Source of the DNA: Ruditapes philippinarum
Taxonomy: Eukaryota
Length of the DNA stretch: 64,000 nucleotides
NCBI RefSeq assembly: GCF_026571515.1
Contig: NW_026857197.1
Span: forward strand, 1 to 64,000
Direction of reading: 5' to 3'
Made by a program: the position numbers and the translations under genes. Below are positions 63,062-64,000 of the stretch, piece by piece. The notes beneath the pieces were generated by a model. It worked only from the letters and a program-made list of their open reading frames with translations, was not told the DNA's origin and did no database searches. Numbering within the stretch: the first letter of the stretch is position 1; each line of letters starts with the position of its first letter.

Positions 63062-64000
63062 CTGAAAGTACAAAACACAATAAAAACAAGTGGCACACTT
63101 TACACATATGGGAAAGGACTACAGGAAGGAATAACTCAGGATATTTAGTGCGATTCTTAGCTTGATTTGAGTTGAAAGTGATTATAGAGGATATTGAAAA
63201 ATTGTAAGTTTAATACTGAATTTATTGAACGAGTTACATGAATTTAACATTTTATTCAGCACATACCAAAAATTAAGACAGAATGAAATTAAAAATAACC
63301 ATTTTTCATTGACGTGCCTATTGTATAACGCTTAAATTTAGCTAATCTTAACGCTATGTTTGTATAACAAAAATGACGTCACAATATATATGCACGACCA
63401 TGCAATACTATTTTTACAGTGCCACAAAATTTGCACAGGTATGTGTTAAGAATGCTTTTCATTTTCAGGTTACTTTGCATTACAAGAACGATTATCTTGA
63501 AAAACAGAGTTTAACAAATGAACTTAAATTTGCACACAAGTGTTTGGTACAGACCTACATTTATTTTGGACATAATGAGTTATTAATTGTTCATGCAAAG
63601 TGAATTATAGAATTTAAAGGTATAATGGCATAGTGTAAACTTTGACTTTCATCTGTTCACTCATGATATACCCCTGGATGGACATGTCATTTTATTGCTC
63701 AGCTACTCCGGTTATTTCTGGCTCATGGAGGCCTTTATTTTATTTTCTTCAAAATAAACTTAAATGACCTCCAATGAAGTCCAAAAGCCTAAATTAGAAT
63801 AAAATTTTCTGACCTAGATCAGCTGGGGCAGTTAAAAAGTTATACAATGCATAATATAATTAAGAAATACACCCAGAAATGAATAGAAAAATCTATTTTT
63901 GTGGTATTTTAGCCTTAGATTAGAGAGAAAACCAATTCAATTTTGGATCATTTTTTCTTAGTAAGATTATTCTGGAAAACAAAGCGAGCAAGTAAACACA

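Overview
AT-rich eukaryotic genomic DNA with GT-AG introns, most likely from a bivalve mollusc (clam-like repeat families and a Cvsi-type inhibitor gene). Genes reconstructed by hand: (1) the 3' four exons of a type-I membrane carboxylesterase/neuroligin-like gene (280-2968, +); (2) an intronless type-II membrane DxD glycosyltransferase-like ORF (13384-14505, +); (3) a convergent intronless RING-less B-box/coiled-coil/NHL TRIM-like gene (15586-17208, -); (4) a complete 13-coding-exon TTC38 gene (22040-34758, +); (5) a Thr-rich, membrane-tethered mucin-like gene with 16-aa repeats, one frameshift and a hydrophobic last exon (~43557/45708-49887, +); (6) a 3-exon, 84-aa, 12-Cys secreted Cvsi-like (I84) protease inhibitor absent from the ORF track (52005-53580, -); (7) the 3' six exons of an ARHGAP18/28/40-like RhoGAP (59237-63061, -). 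The rest is transposon-rich: a decayed intron-containing Tc1 element, Helentron/HINE-like elements (two carry 166-bp satellite arrays of ~10 and ~25 units), Harbinger-like, TTAA-flanked and palindromic MITEs, tRNA-derived SINEs and two small tRNA-containing LTRs. There is one assembly gap (45388-45561). No searches were run. Family names come from recognised motifs and recall, and counts were made by eye.
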